A stretch of 64,000 bases of DNA, from the NCBI RefSeq assembly GCF_009914755.1, contig NC_060928.1. The stretch is one strand, 5' to 3'. Shown here in pieces: positions 57,031 through 64,000 of this stretch. The notes below the pieces were generated by a model, which worked only from the letters and a program-made list of their open reading frames with translations, had not been told where the DNA came from and made no database searches. Numbering within the stretch: position 1 is the stretch's first letter; the number at the start of each line of letters is the position of its first letter. The translations under genes were made by a program, and so were the position numbers. This stretch comes from the human T2T-CHM13v2.0 reference genome, Homo sapiens.

Positions 57031-57719
57031 ATGGACCTAAAACATTTCTAGAACAGAATCTATCTACAAGACATATATGAATTTGTAATACAATATGAGA
57101 TAGAATTAGAATAATAATTTAAGGTCAATTGATGTTTTAAAATAAGCATGAAAAAGGTATGATCTCTAAAAATACATTTTTAAAATTTATGTTGTCAAAT
57201 TTCAACTGGCATTCTTGTTTTCTTTAAGAGATAGAAATCATAACAATGATGGCTCTACAAACATTTTCCTTGGTGGAAAAGTTACCAGACTACTTCTAGC
57301 AGATCTGTCAGAAAATTACTCAGAGCATCATTAAGCAGAAACCTTCATTATGGATACTGAGGCAATTCCAAAGGAATGTTTTACTTAGGGAGAAGAAAGG
57401 TGAGTTCTTTTGTTACTTTTCTGGTGTCTAAAATAATTGTTTAATGATTTTCAAAAGAGGGAGGAATTGTTTTTTCAGATTAACAGCCATTGGTGAACAA
57501 TTTGATTTTATCTAAAGAGGTAGGGAAGAAGAGCTGCAGGAAAATAAGATCATGTAGTTTCACAGTTGCCATTTTTTTCAATACATCAGGGGCTTTTCTA
57601 TATTCAACTTTGAAATTCGGTGATAGTTGGTGCTTTTGAACAAAAAAGATAACTGGGAACTCATGCTCTTCATTTAAGAGATCTGTAGGCTTTTCTGGAA
57701 CACTGATAAAGCAAACGAT

Positions 57720-58580
57720 GTGCCAAACAAATGGATAAGGAAGACTTTATTCAAAACTATTCAAAACTATTTTTTATACAAGGGAGATTGGACCATACTC
57801 TACTAAGAAAAAAGACAAAGTGAGCTAGTAGAAGAGTAATGGAGGACGTTAGGGGAGAGGTTGATCAATGAAATGTGAGCACACTGAGTTACTTCTGAGT
57901 CTGCAAATTGTTTTCTCTGTGATGAAGCCTGTGTTAGTTTTTTCTCACACTGCTATAAAGAATACTACCTGAGACTGGATAATTATAAACAAAAAAGTTT
58001 TAATTGACTCACGGTTCGTCATGGCTAGAGAGGCCTCAGAAAGTTTATGATCATGATGGAAGGCTAAGGGGAAGCATGGTGGCAGGGGAAAAAAAAGAGA
58101 GCAGGAGAAACTTCCACTTATAAAACCATCAGATCTCGTAAGAATTCACTCACTATCACGAGAAAAGCATGGGGGAAACCCCAGTCACTTCCCACCAGGT
58201 CCCTCCCTCAACACCTGGGAATTACAATTCCAGATGAGATTTGGGTAGGGACACAGAGCCAAACCATATCAAAGCCATTCATGTTTGTTAATTAATGCCT
58301 ATTAAAGTTAGCTTCCTATCCTCCCTAAGGATTAGTAGATAGAAGTGCAGTTTTCTCAAATATTTATATTTCATCTGGATAAAGACATTTCTGGGTCATA
58401 AAACTAGGAAGAAAAGTGAAAAAGGTTTGGGCCCACCTTAAAGTGGCAGGGATAGAATTTATAATTTCAAGATTTCAGAAAATAAATGCTCTAAAAAAGG
58501 GCAGTCAGGGGCCTATAGTTAGAATGAAATCTGTCTAAAGTTTAGTCAAGTTGAAGGAATTTTAAGGCCATCTTTGTAAA
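57720..58580 (-). mobile_element. ERV1 solo LTR (MER67-like) split by MSTA
   Basis: gtcaggggcctatagt...ctgtctaaagtttagtcaag is the reverse complement of the MER67 5' end; gaagactttattca at the other end. Confidence 0.75.
57930..58271 (-). mobile_element. MaLR solo LTR MSTA
   Basis: tgtgttagt ... acacagagccaaaccatatca; perfect 5-bp TSD aagcc at 57925-57929 and 58272-58276. Confidence 0.92.
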
Positions 58581-59009
58581 GGCTCAAAAGGTATAATTAA
58601 TTTACACATGAAAATGGAGTTAATTATATTTCCTTTCTTAGAACATTCCACCAAATACATCAAATTCTTCATAGGACTGGTAGAACTCAGAAAAGAAATA
58701 AAAATGGTGTATATATTTGTCTTTCAAATTAGATTGTTTTAAAAAGCATGGTTTAACAACTTGGCACAAAAGTATGGTTTTACATAGCAAGAACCATCCC
58801 CCTGAGACCACGTAAGCGGAAAAGGCTTTTTTCTTGAACTCCAAGTTTTTTTTTTCTAAATGCCATACAATTGAGTAAATAATTGATATTCCCTGGAGAC
58901 TTTTTTGTATAAGGAAATAAAGTTATTTCTCTTTGATTAGTGAAATTTCAGAAATTTGGCTAGAATAAAACTAGAGAAAAGATACTTTCATTTGTTTTTT
59001 GTTTCTTTG

Positions 59010-61190
<2,181 letters not shown>

Positions 61191-61764
61191 CGTAAGATCC
61201 TTCTATTTAAGTGAGTTCCTTATAACCACTCCTCACAATGTTGGCCCAGATTAGGGTTACATGATAGCCTTCAGGAGAATCCCAATCAGAAAGCACTTGA
61301 TTTCTATTTGGAACTTTGAAAAAAACTTCAGTGCCAAAGTGTAGTGCTTGTAGAACAGTAAAAAGGTAGAATGGCTTAGTTAGACAAAGAGAAATACCAG
61401 GATAATGCTTCCTTTTTCTCATGAACTGGTTATGGTCTGCAGGAAATTTAGATGTTTTATATGCCTCGGTAGGAGAAAAAGACTTGGATAAACTACACAG
61501 ACCAATGGACCTAGAAGTCCTGGGCTATGAAAAAGAAGAGCCCAGAACATTGAGATCTCCTAACTAAGGACATTGACACATAGCATATACATCAGGAGTG
61601 GAGATCTAAACACTCCCAAAGGCTGGTTTGTACTTGCTACATCCCTGGAAGATGCCGTCAAGGATGTGGAGGATGGTATAATTCTAGAGGTTTCTTCCAA
61701 TGACACCTTGTAACCTTCCTCTGAAGCCAGGATTCATCCAGAAAGAAGGAAAAAGTAAAGAAAA

Positions 61765-61851
61765 CTATAAAGACTACTACCTGAGACTGGGTAATTATAA
61801 ACAAAAAAGGTTTAATTGACTCACAGTTTGTCATGGCTGGAAAGACCTCAG
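61765..61851 (-). mobile_element. Isolated 87-bp MSTA/THE1 fragment
   Basis: 79/87 identical to 57953-58039 by manual alignment. Confidence 0.85.
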
Positions 61852-62356
61852 GACATAAGTTTTTTTCGAATGCCAACATAAGTTGGAATTCAAAAAAAAT
61901 AGAAAGTGGTAGTATTCTGTACTCAAAAGAAAAAAAGTCTATCATTGTATCAGAAATACTATACATTTTTTCTGTAACAAAAAGTTGACTGATTGATTGT
62001 TAATGTTTGTGCCATGTCATTTCTTTAGTATTTTGTTACTTAACAGGAGATATTTTCTAAAATATACAATAATATAAAGCTAAAAGGAATGAAAATTATA
62101 CATGGCAAGAAATTATTTGATTAAACAATAAAAGTACTAAAAGAATTAATTTTTGATGCCCATTGCTTCCAGAAACAGGGCCAGGGGCTTAATTTATATT
62201 ATTTCATAACAATGGCTCGTGGTCTGCTCAGGCTTCCCTGACTTGTATGTATGAGGTATTAACAATGAGTATCAGTGATTTTTATTGCCAAAATCATATG
62301 CTGCACCAATTTCAACATAGAATTACTCTGGAGTCGTTTTGTATAAGTACAGCATT

Positions 62357-63745
<1,389 letters not shown>

Positions 63746-64000
63746 ACAGCATTCTTTGTTGCTAGTTCTTGGCCTTTTTTTCCTGCTACCAGTATTACAT
63801 TTTGCTGTTGAGGTTAGGATCCTGATAAAAGCCAACTTGGGCATTAGTAAATAGAAACCTGTTCTCAAAAGCTACTGTTTAATAATTAAACACGTCCTCA
63901 ACTTTTAAACCAAGGTTGTTTAGAATGGCTCCCTTGAGGCATATTGAACAGTCTGATGTCAGTTGTCCTTCTTCCTAGGATAGATACATTATGAAATGTT

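Overview
AT-rich, repeat-dense primate (most likely human) genomic DNA that looks like a gene desert or a large intron. I found no credible protein-coding exon, RNA gene, CRISPR array or prokaryotic feature. The recognisable ORFs in the track are Alu- or L1-derived; the rest look like low-complexity or chance ORFs. The window holds about 16 Alu/FLAM elements (J, S and Y classes, many with visible target-site duplications, TSDs) and several L1s. The L1s include an old L1PA16/17-like 2.8-kb copy, an L1PA7/8 3' end, a fragmented L1MA, and an L1PA3-like copy with a tiny twin-priming inversion. There are also solo LTRs (LTR14/HERV-K14-like, MST, THE1, LTR16, LTR26, MER31, MER67), DNA transposons (MER20, MER45B), MIR/L2 relics and tandem repeats. 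Subfamily names come from my recall of consensus sequences, not from a RepeatMasker run. The most interesting unexplained structure is a ~726-bp non-repeat insert with AATAAA and a 15-bp TSD inside an L1MA, a probable orphan retrocopy of an mRNA 3' end. Other notable items are three short local duplications, a 37-bp near-perfect palindrome, an arm-mosaic Alu and an Alu/L1 microhomology fusion. I see no evidence for a novel multi-gene biological system.
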